A stretch of DNA of 10,618 bases from Dehalococcoidia bacterium (GCA_030740155.1 JASLXV010000083.1:1-10618); one strand, 5' to 3'. Counted from the stretch's first letter, positions 1 through 7,170 are shown. Translations and numbers: made by a program. The notes: generated from the sequence alone by a model not told the origin.

Positions 1-146
1 TACAGCGCAGAAAGGAGGTGAAGGCTCAAACGATCGATAGGCGAAGACTTCATAACCGGACCCTCAGGCAGCTCACCCAAGCTCTTCCACACCTCTGATC
101 TCTCGGGTCCCAAACTGTCCCATTTGTGCTGGTCGCCAACAAGCAC

Positions 147-163
147 GTCATGCTGAGGAGCGC
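147..163 (+). repeat. Partial copy of the REP-like arm at 8183-8199
   Basis: GTCATGCTGAGGAGCGC matches GTCATTCTGAGGAGCGC (8183-8199) at 16/17 nt; no partner arm is visible. Confidence 0.5.
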
Positions 164-400
164 CGGTGATAGGGGGCCGAGGGTTCGGTCTGACTCAAGA
201 GTTTAGAGGAGTTTGCCCGGCCGGTGATCGGCCGGACCGGTGCCCGGGTGGCCTCTCCAGCGCCAAGGGTCATCCGTGTAGTGACCCGACACAATGGCCT
301 GATCGTCTCCAGTGTCTGGGACCACATCACTTGCCGGTGTTGAACGGGGAACTGCTGCTCGGTGCATCGAAGACCTACTTGGTCCGAGGCGCCGATGGGT

Positions 401-457
401 GACGAAATCCCCCTCGGTCCCCCTTTATAAAGGGGGATACAGGGGGATTTTCGCGTC
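401..457. repeat. Palindromic REP-like element, CCCCCTTT-nn-AAAGGGGG family, copy 1
   Basis: GACGAAATCCCCCT-CGG-TCCCCCTTTATAAAGGGGGA-TAC-AGGGGGATTTTCGCGTC forms a long hairpin. Its reverse complement closely matches 3305-3342 and 3390-3425. Confidence 0.9.
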
Positions 458-537
458 ACGAGCGTAGAGTGCCGAATGGGGCTCCTAGAGTCGTGCCGCC
501 TGCCGGCAAAAAGGACTACCCCCGTGCCAGCGAGCCC

Positions 538-1305
538 TTAAGCCTGGAGGTGCTTGCCGAAGAACTCGAACGTCTTCTTCCAGGAGTCCATTGCCTGTTC
601 AGGCCGGTAGTTGCCCCGGTCGTAGTACCAGAAACCGTGCGGTGCGCCATCGTACCGGTGGAAGTCGTAGTCCTTGCCGTGCTTCTTCAGCTCTGCCTCG
701 TGCTGGTTCACCAGGTCCGGTGACGGGCTCTGGTCATCGTTGCCGAAAAGGCCAAGCATCGGGCACGAGAGGCCCTCGGTTAGGTCGATAGGTGATACCG
801 GCTGTTGCTCGGTCAGCTTATCCGGCGCCATCACCACGTTGCCCCCCCAGCATTCCACCAGGGCGTCGAAGGACTTCGACCGGCAGGACACCATGAAGGC
901 ATGCCGCCCGCCGGAGCAGGTCCCGATGATCCCCACGCGGCCGTTGCTGATGGGCAGGGACCGCAAATAGTCCGCCGCCGCGTTGCAGTCTCCCAGCACC
1001 ACGTCGTCGATTGCGCCGCCCGCGGCCCGGGCCGTCGCCGCCATCTCTTCGGGCGTACCGTCGCCGAACCGCTGGTAGAGGTTGGGGCAGATTACCAGGT
1101 AGCCGTGCTCGCTGAACCGCCGGCAGAACTCCCGGTACAGCTCGTCCCAGCCGGGGAGGTGATGCACCAGCACGATCCCGGGGAAGGGCCCCGGTCCCAT
1201 GGGGCGAGACACGTAGGAATTGAGAGTGTCGTTGTTGTGCCCCTTGATCGCGGTGAGTTCAGAAATCATCCCGGTATAGGCGCCCGTGTTCCACTGATTC
1301 CACAT
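538..1305 (-). CDS. Dienelactone hydrolase family protein (alpha/beta hydrolase, Cys nucleophile)
   Basis: 255 aa. PGIVLVHHLPG and GYLVICPNLY N-terminal motifs; nucleophile elbow GIIGTCSGG; acid in GLFGNDD; His in YDGAPHGF; RBS GGAGGAG just before the ATG. Confidence 0.93.
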   Translation of the reverse strand: MWNQWNTGAYTGMISELTAIKGHNNDTLNSYVSRPMGPGPFPGIVLVHHLPGWDELYREFCRRFSEHGYLVICPNLYQRFGDGTPEEMAATARAAGGAIDDVVLGDCNAAADYLRSLPISNGRVGIIGTCSGGRHAFMVSCRSKSFDALVECWGGNVVMAPDKLTEQQPVSPIDLTEGLSCPMLGLFGNDDQSPSPDLVNQHEAELKKHGKDYDFHRYDGAPHGFWYYDRGNYRPEQAMDSWKKTFEFFGKHLQA

Positions 1306-1434
1306 GATCTCCTCCGTTTTTCAAGTTGGAGTTATGAGTTCCCATTGGTGACTCGCAGGGTGTCACTCGTTCAACAGGCTCGAGGGTGTTTCGTCAGCCG
1401 GTGGCGCTTGCGCCGACACCGGCCCGGGGTTGGT

Positions 1435-1698
1435 TCACGCCGTTGCCACTGTCTGGGGCAGGGAGATGTAAGGGTCCTCGACGGTAACTTCCCCACTCTC
1501 CTTGAGTGAGTCGACACCGGCCTGGGCGAGGATCTTCGCGCTCCTGATGTCCAGGGTTAGGTCTTTGTTCGCGACCGTCCTGGCGAGGTCGTCAATTGTA
1601 CACGGGCCTTTGGACAGCCGTCCTTTGACCAATCTGCCCATTACTTCGACCGAAAGGTTCGCGCACATATCGTCTATGAGGAACTGTAGAAACGACAT
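1435..1698 (-). CDS. Small hypothetical protein, possibly winged-helix fold (87 aa; longest ORF starts at 1806)
   Basis: The ATG at 1698 has GGAGAG upstream. TIDDLARTV...AGVDSLKESGEVTVEDPYISL shows a helix-helix-LxxxGxV wing pattern. The upstream extension to 1806 looks less protein-like. Confidence 0.6.
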   Translation of the reverse strand: MSFLQFLIDDMCANLSVEVMGRLVKGRLSKGPCTIDDLARTVANKDLTLDIRSAKILAQAGVDSLKESGEVTVEDPYISLPQTVATA

Positions 1699-1947
1699 TC
1701 CGTATCTCTCCGACTGTCGCGCGACGATTCGGAATGGACCCTTCAAGTTGGACAGGGTCGGGACGATATCCAGGGTGGGTCCCGCCGCACCTGCGTAGTA
1801 TACCATCGCTTTGCCCGGTGACCACCCCCTCTTGGTCGATCGTTCGGTAGCCGGTCACCTGGTTGGACAATCGAGAGCAGTAAAACCGAGAGCAGGTGTC
1901 CCGCTGAGCCCTGGCCTCATCCCGCAATGAGATCGTTGGCCTCGAAG

Positions 1948-1976
1948 TTTCTCTACCTGTGAGCGTCGTGTATAAT
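1948..1976 (+). promoter_or_regulatory. Putative sigma70 promoter for the frhB-like gene and iorAB
   Basis: Perfect TATAAT at 1971-1976 in GC-rich DNA about 190 nt before the ATG at 2166; weak -35 (TTTCTC, 1948-1953) at 17-nt spacing. Confidence 0.5.
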
Positions 1977-2063
1977 CCAGTGGCGCGCCCGGCCGGGCAA
2001 TCAAGCCAGCTGGCGGCGCGGGGACGAGCCTGCTGAACGGCCGCGGAGGGTGGTTCCGGCGGT

Positions 2064-2092
2064 GCGGGGGCGGTCGATTAGCCGCCCCTACG
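2064..2092 (-). repeat. GTAG-type REP-like palindrome
   Basis: Minus strand reads CGTAGGGGCGG-CTAATCGA-CCGCCCCCGC: GTAG followed by a GC-rich hairpin, as in GTAG-family REPs. Single copy in the window. Confidence 0.6.
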
Positions 2093-2165
2093 GGACGAGC
2101 CAGTCGAACGACAGCGGCGGTGACCAAGTGGGTTTTGAACCAGAACCACCAGATCGGAGGAGCCG

Positions 2166-3269
2166 ATGACCACAACTATTGGAGGCCTCCAGCAGCTGCG
2201 GGAGCAGGTCCTGGATGCCGGTCTCTGCACCTTTTGCGGCGCCTGTAGCGGCCTGTGCCCGTACCTGAAACCCTTCCAGGGCCGGGTCACCGTGATGGAG
2301 TCGTGCCCGGTCACGTCCTCACGGTGTATCTCTTTCTGTCCCCGCTCCGCGTTCGACATGGACGCAGCCAGCGAACGGCTCCACGGCGCCGGTTATCGTG
2401 GTGAGCCCCTTGGCGAGGTGCGCCAGGTGCTGATTGCCCGCAGCACGGATGCCCAGGTACGGTCTCGGGCCCAATACGGCGGGACCGTTACCACCCTGGT
2501 CTGTGCCGCCCTGGAAGAAGGGACCATTGAATCGGCCGTTCTCACGAGCAATCAAGGGGGAGTGCCCCGAGGCGTGGTGGCCTCCACGCGGGAAGAGGTC
2601 CTGGCGTGCTCCGGTTCCAGCTACCTGGCCGCTCCCACTCTGGAGGCCCTGAACCGCCATCGTGGCGAGGGCCGGCTGGGGATCGTGGGAACGCCGTGCC
2701 AACTTCAGGCCGTCGCCTCCATGGCGGATTCGCCCTACGCGGAACGGAGCAACGCCCCGAAAGTCGCCCTGCGCATCGGCCTGTTCTGCACCTGGGCCCT
2801 CTCCCACTCTTTCCTGTCGCGGCTGGCCGAAGTGGCTCCCCCGGAGGCGATCTCCAAGACCGACGTGCCGCCGCCCCCCGCATCGGTATTCGAGGTCCAC
2901 GCCAACGGAAGCCGCACCGCCATCCCTCTGGAGGAAGTGCGGACCTTTATTCGCCCGGCATGTGATCTTTGCCCCGACATGACCGCCGAGCTGGCCGACG
3001 TATCCGTCGGTTCCGCCGAGGGGATCGAGGGCTGGAACACCCTGCTGGTCCGTACCGAGGCCGGTGAACGGCTGGTGGAAGCCGCCCAAGCCCGGGGTCT
3101 CCTGGAAACGGGGCCGCTGCCGCAAGCCAGCCAGGACCACCTGACCGGGGCCGCGATGAACAAGAAGCGACGGGCCTTCCGGCGCGTGGCCGAGCGCACC
3201 GGCGATCCCGGAGACCTGCTATTCATGAAGCTTAGCCGGGATGTCGCGTCGCGTTTGATCCATGACTAG
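2166..3269 (+). CDS. Coenzyme F420 hydrogenase/dehydrogenase beta-subunit family (FrhB/FdhB/FpoF-like) Fe-S flavoprotein with N-terminal ferredoxin domain
   Basis: 367 aa. N-terminal CTFCGACSGLCP and CPVTSSRCISFCP; FrhB core motifs QYGGTVT, VGTPCQ, IGLFC, CDLCPD, ADVSVG and GWNTLLVRTEAG; RBS GGAGGAG at 2156-2162. Confidence 0.92.
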   Translation: MTTTIGGLQQLREQVLDAGLCTFCGACSGLCPYLKPFQGRVTVMESCPVTSSRCISFCPRSAFDMDAASERLHGAGYRGEPLGEVRQVLIARSTDAQVRSRAQYGGTVTTLVCAALEEGTIESAVLTSNQGGVPRGVVASTREEVLACSGSSYLAAPTLEALNRHRGEGRLGIVGTPCQLQAVASMADSPYAERSNAPKVALRIGLFCTWALSHSFLSRLAEVAPPEAISKTDVPPPPASVFEVHANGSRTAIPLEEVRTFIRPACDLCPDMTAELADVSVGSAEGIEGWNTLLVRTEAGERLVEAAQARGLLETGPLPQASQDHLTGAAMNKKRRAFRRVAERTGDPGDLLFMKLSRDVASRLIHD

Positions 3270-3301
3270 CAGGTCTTCTGAAGCGTCGTGAGCAAAGTAG
3301 C

Positions 3302-3425
3302 GACGAAATCCCCCTGTATCCCCCTTTAACAAAGGGGGACCGTGGAGGGGCTTCCCCGCGATCCTTGCCAACGTGAAGCACATTTAGCCAAATCCCCCTC
3401 TATAAAGGGGGACAGAGGGGGATTT
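3302..3425. repeat. Two copies (2 and 3) of the CCCCCTTT-nn-AAAGGGGG palindromic element
   Basis: 3302-3350 GACGAAATCCCCCTGTATCCCCCTTTAACAAAGGGGGACCGTGGAGGGG and 3390-3425 AAATCCCCCTCTATAAAGGGGGACAGAGGGGGATTT; both match the reverse complement of 401-451. Confidence 0.9.
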
Positions 3426-3459
3426 ACCCCCACCCAACGGTCAATAATGGAGGTAAAGG

Positions 3460-5382
3460 ATGCCAACCTTAGCCGCCGATGTTTCCGGAATCAGAGAGCT
3501 GCTCCTGGGCAACGAGGCCATCGCCCGCGGCGCCCTGGAGGCCGGGGTGCGGGTGGCGGCGGGCTATCCGGGGACTCCCTCCACCGAGGTGATGGAGGCT
3601 CTGGCCCGGGTCGCTGCCGAGGCGAACATCTACGTTGAATGGTCGGTGAACGAGAAGGTGGCCGCGGAGGTTGCCGCGGGGGCGGCGACCACCGGCCTGC
3701 GGGCCCTGGCGGTGATGAAACAAGAGGGCCTCAACGTGGCGCTGGACTTCCTGGCCCACGCGAACCTGATCGGCGTCCCCGGCGGGTACGTCATCGTGGT
3801 CAGCGATGACCCCGAAGGATGGTCCAGCGCCGCGGAGGGCGACTCTCGGGGCATCATACGCTGGCTCAACATACCTTTGCTGGAGCCGTCCACGGCCCAA
3901 GAAGCCAAGGAAATGACCCGTTACGCGTTCGATCTTTCGGAGGACCTCCGGCTCCCAGTCGTCATACGGGGCTGCACCCGAGTTTCCCACGCCACGGGGA
4001 TCGTGGAGTTTGGGCCGCTCTCCAAAGTAGTCCAAACCTCGCATCTGGACACCTCTCAGACCTACGTGCCCACGCCGGTGATACCCAAGCACAAGGCCCT
4101 GCTGGAGAAGGTCGAGAGGGTCAAAGAGATCTTCGAGGATTCTCCATTCAACTTCTACGAGGGCCCCGAGAATGCCGACCTGGTGGTGGTCGCCGCCGGA
4201 AGCTCGCGGCTGTACGCCGCCGAGGCGCTGGAGTTCCTGGGGTTGCATGACCAGGTGGGCATTCTGCATCTGGGCACCACCTTTCCTCTGCCGGAGCGGT
4301 TTATCCTGAAACACATCGCCCGCGCGTCCCGCCTCCTGGTGTCCGAAGAGATCGAGCCCTTCCTGGAGGGCAGCCTCCGCCGGCTGGCGGCGGAGAACAA
4401 GTGGCCCGGCGGTCCGGAGCGAATCTACGGCAAGGAAAGCGGCCACCTGCCCCGCACCGGCGAGCTTACCCCCACCACCCTCATTCAGGTGGTGGCGGGA
4501 ATATCGGACGTCGAGTACCAGCTGGTGGACGCCAGGTACCGGGACGAGGCCCAGAAGATGGCCGACACTATGGTCGTGGCGCGGGAGGCGGTCTGGTGCC
4601 CGGGCTGCCCCCACCGGGCCAGCCTGTGGTCCATCAAGAACGCCATGAAGCTAGACGGCCGGGACGGGGTGGTCACCGGGGATATCGGGTGCTACGCCCT
4701 CGACCGCCGGGGTGTCACCGGCTACAACATCACCAGGACCGCTTCAGCCATGGGCTCGGGGGCCGGTATCGCCTCGGGGCTCGGAAAGCTGCGCCAGTTC
4801 GGCAACGACCAGCCGGTGGTGGCCCTCTGCGGGGACTCCACCTTCTTTCACTCCGCTATTCCGGCGCTGATCAACGCCCGGTACAACCGGTCCAATTTTA
4901 CCCTGGCATTGCTGGACAACGGGGCCACCGCGCTCACCGGATTCCAGACCCACGCCGGGGTGGGCCGCAACGCCATGGGGGCCGAAGCGCCCCGGGTGGA
5001 TGCCGAGACCATGGCCCGGGCCACCGGCGCCACCTTGGAGGTGGTGGACCCGTACGTCATCGGCGAATCGACGGACAAGGTGGTGGAACTGGTGCAGTCC
5101 GAGGCGGAAGGCGTCAAGGTGCTGGTCTTCCGCCACCCCTGCACGCTCCTGCGGCCCCGCGACGCCAAGCCCGATTTCCAGATGGCCGTGGACCCGGAGC
5201 GATGCCTGGGAGAGGCGTGCGGGTGCGCCAGATACTGTATCCGTGTGTTCAAGTGTCCCGGCCTGAGTTGGGACAAGGAACAAGGGAAGGCGCGCATCGA
5301 CGAAGCCGTATGCATCGGGTGTGGTGTGTGCGCTTCCATCTGCCCCGAAGAGGCCATAACCAAGGAGCCCTACAATGGCTGA
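3460..5382 (+). CDS. iorA: Indolepyruvate:ferredoxin oxidoreductase family, alpha subunit (TPP, Fe-S)
   Basis: 640 aa. LLGNEAIARGA, GYPGTPSTE, EWSVNEKVA, CPGCPHR, GDIGCY, TPP motif GDSTFFHS...LDN, TGFQ, and C-terminal ferredoxin domain ending CIGCGVCASICP; RBS GGAGG at 3449-3453. Confidence 0.95.
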   Translation: MPTLAADVSGIRELLLGNEAIARGALEAGVRVAAGYPGTPSTEVMEALARVAAEANIYVEWSVNEKVAAEVAAGAATTGLRALAVMKQEGLNVALDFLAHANLIGVPGGYVIVVSDDPEGWSSAAEGDSRGIIRWLNIPLLEPSTAQEAKEMTRYAFDLSEDLRLPVVIRGCTRVSHATGIVEFGPLSKVVQTSHLDTSQTYVPTPVIPKHKALLEKVERVKEIFEDSPFNFYEGPENADLVVVAAGSSRLYAAEALEFLGLHDQVGILHLGTTFPLPERFILKHIARASRLLVSEEIEPFLEGSLRRLAAENKWPGGPERIYGKESGHLPRTGELTPTTLIQVVAGISDVEYQLVDARYRDEAQKMADTMVVAREAVWCPGCPHRASLWSIKNAMKLDGRDGVVTGDIGCYALDRRGVTGYNITRTASAMGSGAGIASGLGKLRQFGNDQPVVALCGDSTFFHSAIPALINARYNRSNFTLALLDNGATALTGFQTHAGVGRNAMGAEAPRVDAETMARATGATLEVVDPYVIGESTDKVVELVQSEAEGVKVLVFRHPCTLLRPRDAKPDFQMAVDPERCLGEACGCARYCIRVFKCPGLSWDKEQGKARIDEAVCIGCGVCASICPEEAITKEPYNG

Positions 5383-6007
5383 CGCGACGTTTTTGCACGA
5401 CCCCCTTAATGTCATCGTATGCGGCGTGGGCGGACAGGGCAACGTGATGGCGGCCCGCCTGGCGGGCAAGGTGCTGGCGAAGCTGGGGTACGAGATAGCC
5501 ATCGGAGAGACCTATGGCGTCTCCCAGCGCGGCGGCGCGGTGATGAGCCACGTTCGCGTCTCGAAGGGCCGCGCCTACAGCCCGCTTATCCCCCACGGTC
5601 GAGCCCACATCGTGGTGGGCCTGGAGCCGATGGAAACCCTGCGCATCCTCTCCGAGTACGGCAACCCCGAGGTGGTCTGCGTGGTCAACACCCGCCCCCT
5701 GCCTCCGGTGACGGTCGGCATGGGGGTGGCGGAATACCCCGAGTGGGAGGACCTGAGCGGCGCCCTCGACCGCCTGTCCAGCAAGACCTGGTACGTGCCA
5801 GCGACCGAGGTGGCCATGGAGCTGGGCGCACCCATCGTTTCCAACATCGTGATGCTGGGCGCACTGGTGGGCACGAATCTGCTGCCCGGAACCATGGACC
5901 AGTACCGGGATATGGTCCGCGAGACCCTGCCCGACCGTAGCATCGGCCTGAACCTGCAAGCGCTGGAGCGCGGCCAAACCGCGGTACAGGGCGCCCTGAC
6001 TTCATAG
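5375..6007 (+). CDS. iorB: Indolepyruvate:ferredoxin oxidoreductase family, beta subunit
   Basis: 210 aa. GVGGQGNV, ETYGVSQRGGAVMSHVR, SPLIPHGRAH, LEPMETLR and NIVMLGAL; overlaps the iorA stop by 8 nt; AAGGAG RBS at 5363-5368. Confidence 0.95.
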   Translation: MADATFLHDPLNVIVCGVGGQGNVMAARLAGKVLAKLGYEIAIGETYGVSQRGGAVMSHVRVSKGRAYSPLIPHGRAHIVVGLEPMETLRILSEYGNPEVVCVVNTRPLPPVTVGMGVAEYPEWEDLSGALDRLSSKTWYVPATEVAMELGAPIVSNIVMLGALVGTNLLPGTMDQYRDMVRETLPDRSIGLNLQALERGQTAVQGALTS

Positions 6008-6017
6008 CCTTCGGGAT

Positions 6018-6055
6018 GGCGGTGGGCAGTCAGGCCCCGAGACCGCTCCACCGCC
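6018..6055. terminator. GC-rich hairpin between convergent iorB and FMN reductase (possible terminator or 3' stabiliser)
   Basis: GGCGGTGG (6018-6025) pairs with CCACCGCC (6048-6055), with further inner pairing, just after the iorB stop; no U-tract. Confidence 0.4.
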
Positions 6056-6218
6056 CTCCTCTGGAGTTGTTAGATAGGCTCTAGTTTCCCGCGAGGGGCT
6101 GAGTATCCGGCACGAGAACGCGGATCAGTGTCCCAAGCAACACCACCGCATCACGCTCACCAATGGCTACGGGGAGTGCTGCCCGCGGACGCCGGTGAGC
6201 GCCCGTTTGAGCCGGCCG

Positions 6219-6848
6219 CTACCGGCCAGACATGGCGGACTGAATGTCCATTTCACAGGCCTGCAGCACAAACTCGTGGGGCCGCCGGGCAATCTTCAAT
6301 ACCCACCCGGCGAACTCGCCCAGGTGCCTTCGGAGCAACTCCTTGGTTGCCTCGTCGATCATGCTTCCTTCCGAGTCGAACTTCATCGGGGCGAAGGCTT
6401 GGACCAAGACCCCAGGCTTGACCATCACCACCGACCCGGTCTCGGCGAGGGTTTCGTGGAGTTGCATCTGGGCGCGGGCGGTCCCCGCTCTCCCGCCCGC
6501 TCCTATAATTGTCGCGGGTTTACCCATCAACGAACCCGGCTCCCGGTCACGGGAAGCCCAATCAACAGCGTTTTTTAACGCCCCCGAGGTGCCCCAGTTG
6601 TATTCAGGTGTTGCGAAAATCACGCCATCGGCGTCGCGGATGGCCGACTTGAGCGCGATGACCGGAGCAGGGTCACCCTGTGCCTCGATGTCTCCGTCGT
6701 AGAAAGGGAGGTCCTTGATGTCGAAGATGTCGATCTCCATCCCTTCGGGGCCAACCTCGATGGCAGCCCGCAACAGTCCGGAGTTGAATGAGGCCCTGCG
6801 GAGGCTACCGGATATTCCCAAAACCCGTACGTTCTTGTGGGTGGTCAT
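6219..6848 (-). CDS. NAD(P)H-dependent FMN reductase (flavodoxin-like fold, ChrR/SsuE type)
   Basis: 209 aa. ISGSLRRASFN phosphate loop, TPEYNWGTSGALKNAVDWASR, GKP and GGRAGTARAQMQL; RBS GAGGT upstream. Confidence 0.93.
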   Translation of the reverse strand: MTTHKNVRVLGISGSLRRASFNSGLLRAAIEVGPEGMEIDIFDIKDLPFYDGDIEAQGDPAPVIALKSAIRDADGVIFATPEYNWGTSGALKNAVDWASRDREPGSLMGKPATIIGAGGRAGTARAQMQLHETLAETGSVVMVKPGVLVQAFAPMKFDSEGSMIDEATKELLRRHLGEFAGWVLKIARRPHEFVLQACEMDIQSAMSGR

Positions 6849-6860
6849 AATTCACTACCT

Positions 6861-7016
6861 CTATCTCGTGTTGTCATTCGGCTGCTGAGATTCATCCGCG
6901 TCCCCGTTCTTCAGCGTCTTCCGGATGAGTCCCTTATCTGCCAACCTATCCAGCTGCCTGCTAACCGCCGCCGTATCGACTGGGATTACGCGGGCCAAGC
7001 CCCTGCGAAAGGCCAA
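6861..7016 (-). pseudogene. MarR-family winged-helix regulator remnant (absent from the ORF track)
   Basis: Hand translation gives LAFRRGLARVIPVDTAAVSRQLDRLADKGLIRKTLKNGDADESQQPNDNTR*. This is a MarR recognition helix plus LxxKGLI, but it lacks the DxR wing, the C-terminal helices and an intact N-terminus. The stop lies 12 nt before the reductase ATG. Confidence 0.65.
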
Positions 7017-7141
7017 AGCCAGGCTTCCGGCCCAGTATCTTATTCCAGCGTACCGAATTCCTCCAGCGAAAGCGACCTCAGCTGCCTACTCAGCACCGCG
7101 TCACGGCGCGGAGCAGTGGCCATGAGACCCTGAGGACAAAG

Positions 7142-7170
7142 TTGACGGCGTTCGGGAGGGCGGCTATCAT
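7142..7170 (+). promoter_or_regulatory. Putative sigma70 promoter for the enoyl-CoA hydratase
   Basis: TTGACG (7142-7147), 17-nt spacer, TATCAT (7165-7170); each hexamer is 5/6 to consensus. Confidence 0.65.

Noticed and set aside
9..21. 3' end of a minus-strand 16S rRNA gene
   Set aside because: The sequence after AGAAAGGAGGTGA does not continue as the conserved 16S complement (TCCAGCCGCA...).
148..459. 103-aa minus ORF (SPCIPLYKGG...) and 98-aa ORF 3342-3638
   Set aside because: Their N-termini are translations of the palindromic repeat, and neither has a recognisable domain.
1397..1423. Intrinsic terminator after the small hypothetical gene
   Set aside because: A GCCGGTG/CACCGGC hairpin exists, but neither strand has an adjacent U-tract.
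1893..1990. TPP riboswitch upstream of a TPP-dependent enzyme
   Set aside because: Only GGTG...CTGAG is suggestive; the CTGAGA and pyrophosphate-arm consensus are missing. A cmscan with the Rfam TPP model would settle it.
2166..3269. F420-reducing hydrogenase or methanogen marker
   Set aside because: No [NiFe] large or small subunit or maturation gene is present; only the beta-type fold is supported.
2319..6051. Long antisense and alternative-frame ORFs (e.g. 2319-3140, 3469-4614, 4401-5447, 4744-5502, 5249-5977)
   Set aside because: They are shadow ORFs of GC-rich genes, largely overlap well-supported CDSs and have no domain motifs. The same applies to 805-1509, 7212-8192, 7342-8094 and 9001-9543.
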